A DNA stretch of 64,000 bases, from the NCBI GenBank assembly GCA_049520955.1, contig JBEKPG010000005.1, positions 2,817 through 66,816 of the forward strand, written 5' to 3'. The stretch is from Candidatus Bathyarchaeia archaeon (GTDB lineage: Archaea > Thermoproteota > Bathyarchaeia > Bathyarchaeales > Bathycorpusculaceae). This document shows positions 19,599 to 29,639 of this stretch, piece after piece. The notes under the pieces were generated by a model that saw only the letters and a program-made list of their open reading frames with translations, searched no databases and was not told the origin of the DNA. Position 1 is the stretch's first letter, and each line of letters starts with the position of its first letter. The position numbers were made by a program, and so were the translations under genes.

Positions 19599-21371
19599 TT
19601 AAAGATAGGCGTCCGTGGCGTATCTACGCATCATCCGATGACTGTTAAAGTAGTATGCAACTTTTCCTATAGAATTTTTCATCATTTTTATCCACTCGTC
19701 ACGTTGCTGATAGAATTTGGGAATTATGAGATACTCGAGCTTATTGTAGAGGTCAGCGATTTCTCTTCTTCTCCTTTCTTGTTCATCGAATGTCTGATCG
19801 GGAAGTGGACCGATAGCCCAGCCAGTTAGGCCTTCAACGCAGCCTTCTATCCACCACCCATCTAGGACACTGAAATTGATGACGCCATTATGGGCTGCTT
19901 TCATACCGCTAGTTCCAGATGCTTCAAAAGGCGGCAGGGGAGTGTTCAGCCAGACATCTGCACCTGACACCAGTTTCCCAGCCATCTCCATTGAATAGTT
20001 TTCAAGATAAACTATATCAATTTCTTTTTTCAGTTGCTCCTTGCAATCATATATTTCTTTGATTAGCCTCTTGCCCATTTCATCTTTTGGATGGGCTTTT
20101 CCAGCAAAAATTAGTTGAATTCGTTCTTGCTTCTGAATTTCACGAAGCTTGTCAAGGTCCGAAAAAATCATCATCGCTCGCTTATACTCTGTGGCTCTTC
20201 TTGCATAGACTATTGTGAGCGTGTTGATGTCCATTTTGGTTGATGTTTTCTCGCGGACAAAATCTATCAGGAATTGTTTTGCACTCATGTGGGCTTCCAA
20301 CAACTCTTCCTCGGGAATAGTGTCAACTCTTACCAGGAGTTCAGGTTCATTTGCCCATCTGGGAATATACTTGTCGAACAGCACTCTAAAGCAAGGGCAA
20401 GTCCACATGTAGGAATGAACGCCATTAGTTATTTCTTGTATATGATACCCCGGAAACAACTTTCTGGAATACTCCATGTGCGCTTCTGTCACACCGTTAG
20501 TGTACTTGCTCAAGTTTAGAGCCAGAAGCGTCATGTTCAACGAATCTGATCCGCCATACTCTTTCAAGATTTCCTCAGGCACCTCGGTTTCAAGAACATC
20601 TGAAAGCAGATCATACGAAAATTGATCAAATGCGGCAGCCACGGGAGTATGAGTAGTGAAAACACAGAGGTTTTTTACTTTGTCAGCGTTCAAATTATTG
20701 TTCTTTAACAGTTCAAGGGTAAGGAGACTGCTATGGCCCTCGTTCATATGATATTTCTTAACATTAATTTTTAACGCCTCAAGTATGCGTAACCCGCCTA
20801 TTCCCAAGACTATTTCTTGCTTTAATCTGTATTTTTCGTCCCCTCCATAAAGAAAATCAGTAATTTCCCTATCCTCTTGGGTGTTCCCATCAATGTCAGT
20901 TGTGAGGAATAGCACGGGAATGGTTCCGCCTGTTAGGCTCTCTTGCTCATAGACCCAGACGCCGATTTTAACATCGCGTCCAGCAATTTTGATGCTTACA
21001 GTTTCTGGCAACAGTTTCATGAACTTCGAGGGATCCCATTCTTCGGGATATTCAATTTGCCAGCCATCGGGCGTTATTTTCTGTTTGAGATAGCCTTTTT
21101 TACTGATTAAGGTCACTGCAACTAACGGAATTCTAAGGTCGGCACTTGATCTAATCACGTCCCCGGCAAGAACGCCCAGTCCCCCGCTGTAGGTAGGCAT
21201 GTCAGTGTTTATGCCTATTTCCATTGAGAAGTAAGCAATTTTGCCGCCTTCGATGAAACTACTCATGCAGTATTCGCTGTCAAAATAATATTGCCTCGAC
21301 AAAAAATTTGTAGTAAACTGAGTTTTAGATGGGTCTAAAGGCATTCCACAAACGGGATCTTTGACAAACAT
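19599..21371 (-). CDS. glgP: Alpha-glucan phosphorylase (GT35) with N-terminal YHS/TRASH domain
   Basis: IAYFSMEIG, YSGGLGVLAGD, HMNEGH, ARRATEYKR, EASGTSGMKA (PLP Lys); N-term KDPVCGM...YYFDSEYC; start refined to ATG 21371. Confidence 0.93.
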   Translation of the reverse strand: MFVKDPVCGMPLDPSKTQFTTNFLSRQYYFDSEYCMSSFIEGGKIAYFSMEIGINTDMPTYSGGLGVLAGDVIRSSADLRIPLVAVTLISKKGYLKQKITPDGWQIEYPEEWDPSKFMKLLPETVSIKIAGRDVKIGVWVYEQESLTGGTIPVLFLTTDIDGNTQEDREITDFLYGGDEKYRLKQEIVLGIGGLRILEALKINVKKYHMNEGHSSLLTLELLKNNNLNADKVKNLCVFTTHTPVAAAFDQFSYDLLSDVLETEVPEEILKEYGGSDSLNMTLLALNLSKYTNGVTEAHMEYSRKLFPGYHIQEITNGVHSYMWTCPCFRVLFDKYIPRWANEPELLVRVDTIPEEELLEAHMSAKQFLIDFVREKTSTKMDINTLTIVYARRATEYKRAMMIFSDLDKLREIQKQERIQLIFAGKAHPKDEMGKRLIKEIYDCKEQLKKEIDIVYLENYSMEMAGKLVSGADVWLNTPLPPFEASGTSGMKAAHNGVINFSVLDGWWIEGCVEGLTGWAIGPLPDQTFDEQERRRREIADLYNKLEYLIIPKFYQQRDEWIKMMKNSIGKVAYYFNSHRMMRRYATDAYL

Positions 21372-21575
21372 TAAAGCAAACTCCGTTACGAGGAAGTCGG
21401 CTTTCATCAATAATTAGTTTCCGCTCAGTCGATAATGCTCTTTGACATAGAGAAACAAGGGTGCTTTGCTCATTATTCGTTTTAGAGTGCAGATGAGTAA
21501 CTTAATGAAAACACTAAGCAGATGGTTCAGGTTTTTGAAAAGACGAAACTAGCAATCGCGCTTCAGCATAACAAA

Positions 21576-24173
21576 CTAATTAGTTTTTTGGACGGCCAGT
21601 TTTGGTTTTTTCGGCACATAGCTCTGTTCAAGGAGGTAAGCGTATCGTTTGATGAACCATTTCTTGACAACCTCAACCAAAAACAAGTAGCCAGCTATTA
21701 AGCCTGCTAGGGCTACATAGAACGTTTCAGGCGGAGGTGTAAACCCAAATACGGCACCAAGCGGCGTATAAGGCAGTGCAAACGCGACCGCTACGACAGC
21801 CAAACTACTTATCAACAAATATCTGCCAGGTTTGCTTTTGTAGAACGGCGTCTTTCGTGTTCTTAACACGAAAACCACAAGCGTCTGCGTTGCAAGAGAC
21901 TCCACAAACCAAGCAGTTTGAAAAACAGGAACTGACGCCCTGAACACTGCCAACATCAAAAAGAAAGTCAAGAAATCAAAAATAGAGCTTACTGGTCCAA
22001 GGATTATCATGAAGCGTCTTATGTACGAAATATCTAGCCTTTTCGGTTTTTGAATGTATTCTTCGTCTACGCTGTCTGTAGGTATAGTCGCTTCGGAAAG
22101 ATCATAGAGAAGGTTGTTTAGGAGAATTTGAATAGCCGTCATAGGCAGAAAGCTAAGGAACAAAGAAGCTCCGGCAACGCTAAACATAGTGCCGAAGTTA
22201 GAGCTGACACCCATCATAATGTACTTCATGGTGTTTCCGAAGGTTTTCCGCCCCTCCAAAACCCCTTGATCCAGCACGGTCAAATCAGGCCGCAACAATA
22301 TGAGATCAGCGGATTCTTTAGCGACATCAACAGCGTTCTCCACCGATATGCCCACATCAGCTGTTTTCAAAGACGGAGCATCGTTAATGCCGTCGCCCAT
22401 ATACCCTACCACATGCCCGTTAGACCGTAAAGCTTTGATCACTCTGTCTTTTTCAGCCGGGTTCACACGAGCAAAAATGTTGTTATCCTCAACAACTCGT
22501 GCTAGGGCATCGTCTTGGAGCCGAGCAATATCATTTCCGAGAATAATCCCCTTTATGTTGAAGCCCAATCGTTCGCAGGTGGTTTTTGTTACTAACTCGT
22601 TGTCGCCAGTGACTATTTTGAGTTCCACACCATCTCTGGCCAGCAAACTGATAGATTCCTTAGCGCTTTCTTTAGGCGGATCAACAAAAGACAGCAAACC
22701 CAGAAAAATCATGTCGGTTTCGTCACCAATCGAGTAGTGTGTTTTGTCGTCTTTGACTTTTTTGTATGCGACCGCTAAAACTCTGTATCCCTGAGCGCTG
22801 AGGTCATTATATTTCTGCTCAAACTTTCCTTGACAAACATTTGTCAAGTCCGTTAGGTTTTCGTCAGTTTCGCAGTAAGCGCAGGTTTTGAGGATTTCCT
22901 CGGGTGCCCCCTTGGAGATTAAAAGTCTTTGGCCTTCGTACACGATAACCACTGAAACGCGTCTTCGGATGAAGTCAAACGGGATCTCGTCAATTTTGCT
23001 TATACCGGTGACGTCGAACTGCTTATACTGAACCACCGCATCGTCCAGAGGGCTTTTCAATCCCGCTTCAAGAACGCTGTTAAAGTAAGCATACATCAGT
23101 ACTTTCGGAGCTTCTTTTCCCTCTACATCCTCGTAATCGTTTAGCGTGAGTTTATTCTCGGTAAGCGTGCCAGTTTTATCCGTGCACAAAACATCCATAT
23201 TGCCAAAGTTTTGAATAGAGGCTAAACGTTTTACAATAACGCCTTTCTGTGACATCGCTACGGCGCCTCTAGAAAGGTTAATGGACATAATCATGGGCAA
23301 AAGCTCTGGAGTTAGACCAACCGCAAGAGCCACTGCGAAAAGCAAAGAATCCAAAATGCTACGGCTTCCAGAGTAGAAAAATGCGTTCACAAAGAAAACG
23401 AAAACCACAAGAAAAAGTGTGACCTCAGTCATTAGAGCGCCGAACCGCCTAAGTCCCTTCTCAAACTCTGTTTCAGGCGCCTTAGCCACAAGCTCTTTGG
23501 CGATTCCACCGTACTGGGTTAAACCACCTGTCGTGACCACGACTGCGGTTCCGGTTCCGCTAACCACCGAGGTTCCTAAGAAAACGTAATTGTTCCAGCC
23601 AGTCAGCTCAGAAGTAGCTGCAGAAAGTGGATTAGCATTCTTTTCAACTGGAAACGCTTCGCCCGTTAACGCTGACTGGTTAAGATTAAGGTCCTTCGCG
23701 CTGATTAACCTACAGTCAGCGGGAACAAGGTCTCCGGCAATGAGATAAACTATGTCGCCGGGAACAACTTCAGAAAGCTTCACTTCTTGTTTAACCCCGT
23801 CTCTAAGAACCGAGGCCTTCGTCGTCACTCTTTCTTTAAGCGCTTCAGCGGCATTCTGAGCCTTAGTTTCCTGATAAACATCGAGAACAATGCTGAGAAG
23901 CACAATCGTGAAAATTATGATTGCGTCTGTATACTCCTTTACAATTCCAGAAATCAAAGCCGCAATCAGAAGGATGAGTACAAGCGGGTTTCGTAAGTGA
24001 TAGAGAATCTCAACGAGCCCTGTGCGTTTCTGCTTCTCAGCCAATTCATTAGGCCCGTATGTTGCAAGACGACTCTGAACTTCCTGCGAAGACAGCCCAG
24101 ACTGCGACGTCTTCAGCCGAGCCAAAACTTCGTCGGAAGGCAGAGATAAGAACTCTTGGTTTTCCACCATCAA
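21576..24173 (-). CDS. mgtA: Mg2+-transporting P-type ATPase (P3B)
   Basis: TGEAFP, GLTPELLP, DKTGTLT, PFDFIRRR, KGAPEE, GDGINDAP, LLNNLLYD. Confidence 0.93.
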   Translation of the reverse strand: MMVENQEFLSLPSDEVLARLKTSQSGLSSQEVQSRLATYGPNELAEKQKRTGLVEILYHLRNPLVLILLIAALISGIVKEYTDAIIIFTIVLLSIVLDVYQETKAQNAAEALKERVTTKASVLRDGVKQEVKLSEVVPGDIVYLIAGDLVPADCRLISAKDLNLNQSALTGEAFPVEKNANPLSAATSELTGWNNYVFLGTSVVSGTGTAVVVTTGGLTQYGGIAKELVAKAPETEFEKGLRRFGALMTEVTLFLVVFVFFVNAFFYSGSRSILDSLLFAVALAVGLTPELLPMIMSINLSRGAVAMSQKGVIVKRLASIQNFGNMDVLCTDKTGTLTENKLTLNDYEDVEGKEAPKVLMYAYFNSVLEAGLKSPLDDAVVQYKQFDVTGISKIDEIPFDFIRRRVSVVIVYEGQRLLISKGAPEEILKTCAYCETDENLTDLTNVCQGKFEQKYNDLSAQGYRVLAVAYKKVKDDKTHYSIGDETDMIFLGLLSFVDPPKESAKESISLLARDGVELKIVTGDNELVTKTTCERLGFNIKGIILGNDIARLQDDALARVVEDNNIFARVNPAEKDRVIKALRSNGHVVGYMGDGINDAPSLKTADVGISVENAVDVAKESADLILLRPDLTVLDQGVLEGRKTFGNTMKYIMMGVSSNFGTMFSVAGASLFLSFLPMTAIQILLNNLLYDLSEATIPTDSVDEEYIQKPKRLDISYIRRFMIILGPVSSIFDFLTFFLMLAVFRASVPVFQTAWFVESLATQTLVVFVLRTRKTPFYKSKPGRYLLISSLAVVAVAFALPYTPLGAVFGFTPPPETFYVALAGLIAGYLFLVEVVKKWFIKRYAYLLEQSYVPKKPKLAVQKTN

Positions 24174-24662
24174 ATCAACCGCAAAACATATTAAAAGAAT
24201 ATTTTACGGTAGCGCCTATTAAACAATAGCCTTACTCAGAAATGCGCATCTCTCGATTGTTTCTAACTCTTGCGGTTTTTCTGGTTCTACAAAAAGCGTT
24301 AGGTCGCAGACAGTAAAGAATCGGAAAATAGAAAAGTGAAGAGAACCTATTCTCGCTGCTCACCCCTAACATGCAGCAATGCGCCGTTTGGATGCAAGGA
24401 ATGTTCGATGCAATTGCTGTACGACCGGAAATACAGATGATGATAGCTTGGGCTGCTACACAATATTCCGTGCTGAACTATCCCGAAGCTCTGGAGGTTT
24501 ACATAAGTGAAATTGCCTCGCCCAAATACTCTTCACAATATCCTTAAGTTTGTACGAATCGGAAGCAAGCTAAGGGTTCGTTGGAAGAATAATGAGGAAA
24601 CTACTTCTAACTCACATCAGATCATTTTCGCATTTCTTACTTGATTCTTGACCAGAAAGTTT

Positions 24663-24682
24663 ATATGAATAATCATTCATAT
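24663..24682 (+). promoter_or_regulatory. ArsR/SmtB-type operator (8-4-8 inverted repeat) overlapping a TATA-like box
   Basis: ATATGAAT-AATC-ATTCATAT perfect inverted repeat overlapping TTTATATG, about 35 bp upstream of the ArsR gene. Confidence 0.65.
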
Positions 24683-24716
24683 GAAATATATATCATATTA
24701 GTGTAAATGGCAAGAT

Positions 24717-25046
24717 GTGAACGAAGTGAAAAAAGGTTTAACAGAAATCTGTTATCGATTCTTCACCAATCTAGCAAATCCCACAAGACTTGCCGCCCTC
24801 GAACAGCTATTGAAGAAGCCCATGAGTGTAAACGAACTTGCAACTGCGCTGGGACAAGAACAAAGCATGATTTCACACAATCTAAAACCATTACTCCTAT
24901 GCAACATAATTGCCATCAAAAGGCAAGGCAAAAAACACATCTATACTGTCAACGAAGAAACAATGCTCCCCATCTTTGGAGCCATTGAAAACCATGCGCG
25001 AAAATTCTGCCCCACAGGTGGAAAATGCCTAAAAGGAGAAAGCTAA
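24717..25046 (+). CDS. ArsR/SmtB family transcriptional repressor with Cys-rich C-terminus
   Basis: LANPTRLAAL...SVNELA...QSMISHNL; C-terminal CPTGGKC. Confidence 0.92.
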   Translation: MNEVKKGLTEICYRFFTNLANPTRLAALEQLLKKPMSVNELATALGQEQSMISHNLKPLLLCNIIAIKRQGKKHIYTVNEETMLPIFGAIENHARKFCPTGGKCLKGES

Positions 25047-25047
25047 C

Positions 25048-25701
25048 ATGATAAAAAGAAAAATCGTAAATATAGATGAAATCCTCTGCAACGGATGCGG
25101 CAGTTGTATCCCCAAATGTGCGGAGGGTGCACTCCAAATAGTAGACGGTAAGGCAAAAATAATCAAAGAAACATATTGCGACGGCTTAGGTGCCTGTTTA
25201 GGACAATGCCCTCAAGGGGCAATTACAATAACAGAACGTGTAGCTGAACCCTTCGACGAAGGCGAAGTGCACAAACACCTTAATAACAAAGCGAACCCCG
25301 CGCCAACAACAAGCATCCAAGCCAATTCGCCATCGCAAAAGCCCCAGTGGCCAGTAAAACTTAGTCTTGTCCCAACGAAGGCGCCGTTTTTCGAAAATGC
25401 TAACCTATTACTCGCCGCCGACTGTGCTCCTATTGCACTCAAAAACTTTCATGAAACGCTAATGCCCGGAAAACGAGTTATCATTGGCTGCCCAAAATTC
25501 GATGACGCCCGAGCATACGCCCAAAAGCTAACCGAAATTCTGAAACAAAACAACATTGCAACCGTAACCGTTGTCCACATGGAAGTGCCTTGCTGCACTG
25601 GCTTAAAATGGGCAGTAAATAAGGCGCTTGAATTGTCGAATAAGCAAATTCCAGTTAGAGAGTACGAGATAAAAATTGGAGGGGAATTAGTTGAGCTCTA
25701 G
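25048..25701 (+). CDS. 2x[4Fe-4S] ferredoxin-domain protein with C-terminal Cys domain
   Basis: CNGCGSCIPKC and CDGLGACLGQCP; LLAADC, GCPKFDD, MEVPCC. Confidence 0.9.
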   Translation: MIKRKIVNIDEILCNGCGSCIPKCAEGALQIVDGKAKIIKETYCDGLGACLGQCPQGAITITERVAEPFDEGEVHKHLNNKANPAPTTSIQANSPSQKPQWPVKLSLVPTKAPFFENANLLLAADCAPIALKNFHETLMPGKRVIIGCPKFDDARAYAQKLTEILKQNNIATVTVVHMEVPCCTGLKWAVNKALELSNKQIPVREYEIKIGGELVEL

Positions 25702-25945
25702 AGACAAACCAATGGAAAAGAACCCCCAAACATGCCCTGGATTGCGAGACCTGCTTCAGCCTAAACCAGCCTACATTAAATGTCATGTTTGCGGCGGCGA
25801 TCTGGAAATTTGGAGTGATGAAGACAAAACAGTATGTTCGGAATGCGGAGCCGAATGGAAACGCCCCGACAAAACGGCAGCATGCCTGGAATACTGCCAG
25901 TACGCCGACAAATGCCGAGGCATCATCGAATCCCGAAAAACCTAA
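25691..25945 (+). CDS. Small Cys-rich metal-binding protein (double zinc ribbon)
   Basis: CPG...CHVCG...EIWSDE...CSECG...CLEYCQYADKC, 8 Cys in 84 aa; within the operon. Confidence 0.8.
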   Translation: MSSRDKPMEKNPQTCPGLRDLLQPKPAYIKCHVCGGDLEIWSDEDKTVCSECGAEWKRPDKTAACLEYCQYADKCRGIIESRKT

Positions 25946-25954
25946 AATATCGAG

Positions 25955-26437
25955 ATGAGTCTTTTGTTAAAAGTTTTCGTAATTTATGACACGAAGTATG
26001 GCAACACAAAACTTGCCGCAGAAGGCATCATGGAGGGCATAAGAGAGGTTGAGGGCATTGAAACCTCGATTGGTTACGTCAAGGAAATCGATATTGGAAA
26101 AGTTGCTGATTATGATGTAATAGTTTTAGGCGCTCCAAATCACATGGGCAGACCTTCCCAAACTATGAAGAAGTTTGTTAATAGGTTGGCTGAACTTGAT
26201 CTGAAAGCAAAGAATGTGGTTGTTTTTGGCACTTACTCGGGAAGAGCAAGAACAGTTGATAGAGCGGTGAAAAAATTAGAAAAAATGGCTGAAAAGAAGT
26301 TGCCTAACCTAAAGCTAGTTTCACCAAGTCTATCTATAAAGGTGAATGGGATACCGGGTCCCTTGGTAGAAGGAGAACTGGATAAATGCAAAGACTTTGG
26401 TAGAAGAATAACAAATCAAATAAAGCAAAAACAATAG
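25955..26437 (+). CDS. Flavodoxin-like protein
   Basis: YDTKYGNTKLAA FMN loop; LGAPNHMG; FGTYSG. Confidence 0.88.
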   Translation: MSLLLKVFVIYDTKYGNTKLAAEGIMEGIREVEGIETSIGYVKEIDIGKVADYDVIVLGAPNHMGRPSQTMKKFVNRLAELDLKAKNVVVFGTYSGRARTVDRAVKKLEKMAEKKLPNLKLVSPSLSIKVNGIPGPLVEGELDKCKDFGRRITNQIKQKQ

Positions 26438-26470
26438 TCCAGTGAATGTTTTCTGCTTCATGTGTCAATT

Positions 26471-27970
26471 TTATAATTTAAGGTTCTTCGTTAAATCATC
26501 TGACGTAAACACTACATCTGGATTCAGAAGCCCTTCAGGGTCAAAGATTTTTTTGATTCGCTCAAAGTATCCATAGACTTTGTCCCCCCACTCGTTGCGA
26601 AGGTACTTAGACCTATTTCTTCCAAGTCCATGTTCGCCTGTTATGGTGCCACCAGCTTTCAAGGCTGCTTGGAAGATTAGGTCTGAGAGGTTCCTTAGGT
26701 TTTCTTCCCAGTTCTCTTTGTTGATCATTGGTCTTATGTGGAGGTTTCCCTCGCCCGCATGACCATAAATCACTGCAATCGTCCCGAAGCGATCTAAAAT
26801 GGCTTGAATGGTAACCAAAAAATTTGGCAGTTGATTTATCGGTATGGCGAGGTCATCGGCGAAGGGTGGAAATCTTTTCTCGGGCGTTTCCAAAATGTTC
26901 ATTATCCAAAGAAGCATAGACTCCCTTATCTTCCAGAATGCAGCTTGCTTTTCCGCATCAGTTTCAACTAGAAATTTGATTGATTCTTCCTTCAAATGGT
27001 TAAGCATGAGCTCGCCCACTCGGTCTAAGTCAGAATCGAACTCAACAAATAGGACAGCTCTGCAGTCTGAAGGAACGCTTATTTCGTTTCTTAGCAAGCT
27101 AACACCGTAAGAGTCCATAACCTCAATAGCTGAAGGTTCAAAAATCTTCAATTTCGCAACGTCTTTTACGGCATCTACCAAAGAGCGGAAGAACATCAGG
27201 TACAAGATTGTGCTTTTGGGACAAGACACTGCTTCCAACTCTATCTCGCTGAAGACACCCAATGTTCCAACCGAACCTACCAAGAGGTGAGTAACGATTT
27301 CCCTTTCCTCTTCATACTCATAAAAGCTTTGCAGGTTGTAACCGCTACTGGATTTTAATTTTCCTCGGGCGTTAAGGATATGCCTTGTTTCTTTGTCGCT
27401 CCTAAGCCGATTCGTCAGATCGACGATTGCCTCTTCAAGGTTTTCGGGCAGCCCTTGCTTTGTGTCAATCAATCCGTGAGCAACGTCAAAGAAACACAGA
27501 CTTCTTAGCGACGAATCAACTGTTCCATACTTGAGGCTCCTTAGGCCGCTTGCTTTTGTAGCTACATGTCCACCAATGGTGCAAAACGAGCGGGAAGACG
27601 GGTCATAGGGAATTCGAAGCCCATCCATGTTCAGTTGATCATCTAGTTTTTGATGGATTATGCCTGGCTGAACTTTTACTCTTAGCCCTTCCCTCTTTGT
27701 GATGACATTCATCTTAGAGAAGAGAACAATTATACCTGAACCAACTGCTGAACCAGACTGGTTAGAGCCAGCTCCTCGTGGTGTTATGGGAATTGCCTCT
27801 TCCTTGGAATATGCAATTATCTTCGCTAAGTCCTCTTGGTCTAATGGAGCAGCAATCATCATTGGTTTGACTAAGTAGTGACTCATGTCGGTTGAGTACC
27901 TTTTTATGGAAGTCTCGTCGGTCAGCACCTCTCCAGAAATCTGTAGTTGCCTCATCTCTACTTCCTGCAT
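26471..27970 (-). CDS. FAD-binding oxidoreductase, GlcD/D-2-hydroxyacid dehydrogenase family
   Basis: PRGAGSNQSG, PYDPSS, TIGGHVATKASG, GSVGTLGV, GHAGEGNLH, GEHGLG, LNP; start refined to ATG 27970. Confidence 0.9.
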   Translation of the reverse strand: MQEVEMRQLQISGEVLTDETSIKRYSTDMSHYLVKPMMIAAPLDQEDLAKIIAYSKEEAIPITPRGAGSNQSGSAVGSGIIVLFSKMNVITKREGLRVKVQPGIIHQKLDDQLNMDGLRIPYDPSSRSFCTIGGHVATKASGLRSLKYGTVDSSLRSLCFFDVAHGLIDTKQGLPENLEEAIVDLTNRLRSDKETRHILNARGKLKSSSGYNLQSFYEYEEEREIVTHLLVGSVGTLGVFSEIELEAVSCPKSTILYLMFFRSLVDAVKDVAKLKIFEPSAIEVMDSYGVSLLRNEISVPSDCRAVLFVEFDSDLDRVGELMLNHLKEESIKFLVETDAEKQAAFWKIRESMLLWIMNILETPEKRFPPFADDLAIPINQLPNFLVTIQAILDRFGTIAVIYGHAGEGNLHIRPMINKENWEENLRNLSDLIFQAALKAGGTITGEHGLGRNRSKYLRNEWGDKVYGYFERIKKIFDPEGLLNPDVVFTSDDLTKNLKL

Positions 27971-27987
27971 TCTTTGCGAGCGCCTAA

Positions 27988-29334
27988 TCAGGCGTAGGTT
28001 TCCTGTTGCGCCAATGGGTTGGTCCATTTGATTATTGCGCTAACGGAGTTCTGGTTAAACCCCTTAAAACCTTGACCTCTTTGAATGCTCTCCAAGTGAC
28101 TGGCAACGGCTCCGTCCCGAGCAAAGGCTAATGCCTGTTCTTCATTTAATTGATGTTTTTTAACTAGAAGGCTAAGCTTGTCGTTTTCCACTCGCCATTT
28201 TTCTGGCTCGGTAAATGCTTGCTTGAGAAAGGGAAAATTGGAGAAAGGCTTCCTCATGCCAACCCCTATGCCTTTGAAATCCTCACGTACATCATCAAAA
28301 CGGAATCTGGCGGCTAAATGGTGCATACCTGCTTCAAGAATACTTTCGCCATGCAGACCCACCCATAAGCCAACGGTGCCCAATTCATCTCGTGGGTCAA
28401 GCCCTTGATGAGCAAAATCAGCATCTTTTTCTTCCTTAGACAAATCAACATCGGCAAAAACAACATTTCGCCCATCGGCATCTTCCAAGATTTGAGCCCC
28501 CCAACCTGCTTGGGCACCAGCGTGAAATCTCTCACGAAGATTCAAACCTAAAAGTTCAAAAATTCTAATGAGAGCTGAAAAGCTCTGCCTTGAAGACCTG
28601 AAGGTATAATGGTCAACATTGCCCCAGCCCGCACCGACTCCATCCTGCCGACTCCTCTGAACAGTCGCTGCATGGTTTTGACTCTCCCAAAAACGTCTTT
28701 CAGCTCGAAAGAAAGCATAAGCCAATCTCAGCTTGCCTATTCTGGATCCAAAGTTCGTGAGGAGTTTTTCAGTTTCCAAAATACCTTCCTCCGCAGAGCT
28801 GAAGGTTCGTCTGCGTGAACGTAAGGCATTTGATGCTTCAACATAATAATCGACATCATCTTTATCCTCGAAAGTGTAACCTGAGAAACCCCGCCTCTCA
28901 ACAACCGAAAACAAAAAGTTTTTTTCGCTAATAAGAACCAACTTTCTAAAACCTGAATTAGGTGTCCCCTGAATAATTTTGTCTTTGCCGTAAACTTTCC
29001 TAAAGTTATCGATGTCTTCCACGGCAAGAGCAAGTTCCGACATCTTCTCACTTCTTAAAAGCATTGGAAACAAAGTACTTCCTTCAACTCGAAGAGCTAT
29101 TGAGCCCTCGAACGTTCTTGATTCATGAAATCCTCGTTTAAAAAGGTCGTCTGCATCAATTTCATCTGATGAAACTACCAAGTGGTCAACCCAGTCAAAA
29201 ATTCTTGTCGAAGTCTTCTGCTCAATTTCGTTTACTAAAGTTGCCGCCGAATTGTTGCTGCTTAGGAATTTATCAAGCTCGGTTTGCAGGAGGGATTCTG
29301 CTTTCGGAAAAAGATTCCAGTCAAATGTATTCAC
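27988..29334 (-). CDS. Divergent VOC-fold protein resembling the HPPD/HmaS/HglS Fe(II) 2-oxoacid enzymes
   Basis: VDHYTF, GMHHLAA, LKQAFT, HLESIQRGQGFKGF align by eye with HPPD DH, GIQHIA, LLQIFT, FEIIQR..GFG. Confidence 0.65.
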   Translation of the reverse strand: MNTFDWNLFPKAESLLQTELDKFLSSNNSAATLVNEIEQKTSTRIFDWVDHLVVSSDEIDADDLFKRGFHESRTFEGSIALRVEGSTLFPMLLRSEKMSELALAVEDIDNFRKVYGKDKIIQGTPNSGFRKLVLISEKNFLFSVVERRGFSGYTFEDKDDVDYYVEASNALRSRRRTFSSAEEGILETEKLLTNFGSRIGKLRLAYAFFRAERRFWESQNHAATVQRSRQDGVGAGWGNVDHYTFRSSRQSFSALIRIFELLGLNLRERFHAGAQAGWGAQILEDADGRNVVFADVDLSKEEKDADFAHQGLDPRDELGTVGLWVGLHGESILEAGMHHLAARFRFDDVREDFKGIGVGMRKPFSNFPFLKQAFTEPEKWRVENDKLSLLVKKHQLNEEQALAFARDGAVASHLESIQRGQGFKGFNQNSVSAIIKWTNPLAQQETYA

Positions 29335-29639
29335 GATATTCTTCTCCTTGTCTTGAAAAAAATTTCATTTAACATTATATTTACTCAACTAAATAAGCTT
29401 AGAACATAGACAAATCTTTGGAAAGATACTTGATGAAGTTCAAGCCGTGATCTGAATCAAGCAATAGTTTGATTGAAACCAAAGAAAGGTTCCCAAGAAA
29501 TCGGCAGATACAGCAAAGCACTAGAAAAATCCAAGAAACAAAGTTAAGAAAGCCGTGGAATCGAACGCAAAAGACGTGGGCATTATGAAAAAGTATTAAG
29601 AATAGAATATAGTTACACGATTTCAAGGTTTGATAATCT

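Noticed and set aside
24437-24476. ATGATGA...CTGA resembling a C/D box sRNA
   Set aside because: Only about 40 nt from C to D box, no convincing D'/C' pair, no terminal stem, and no rRNA complement recognised
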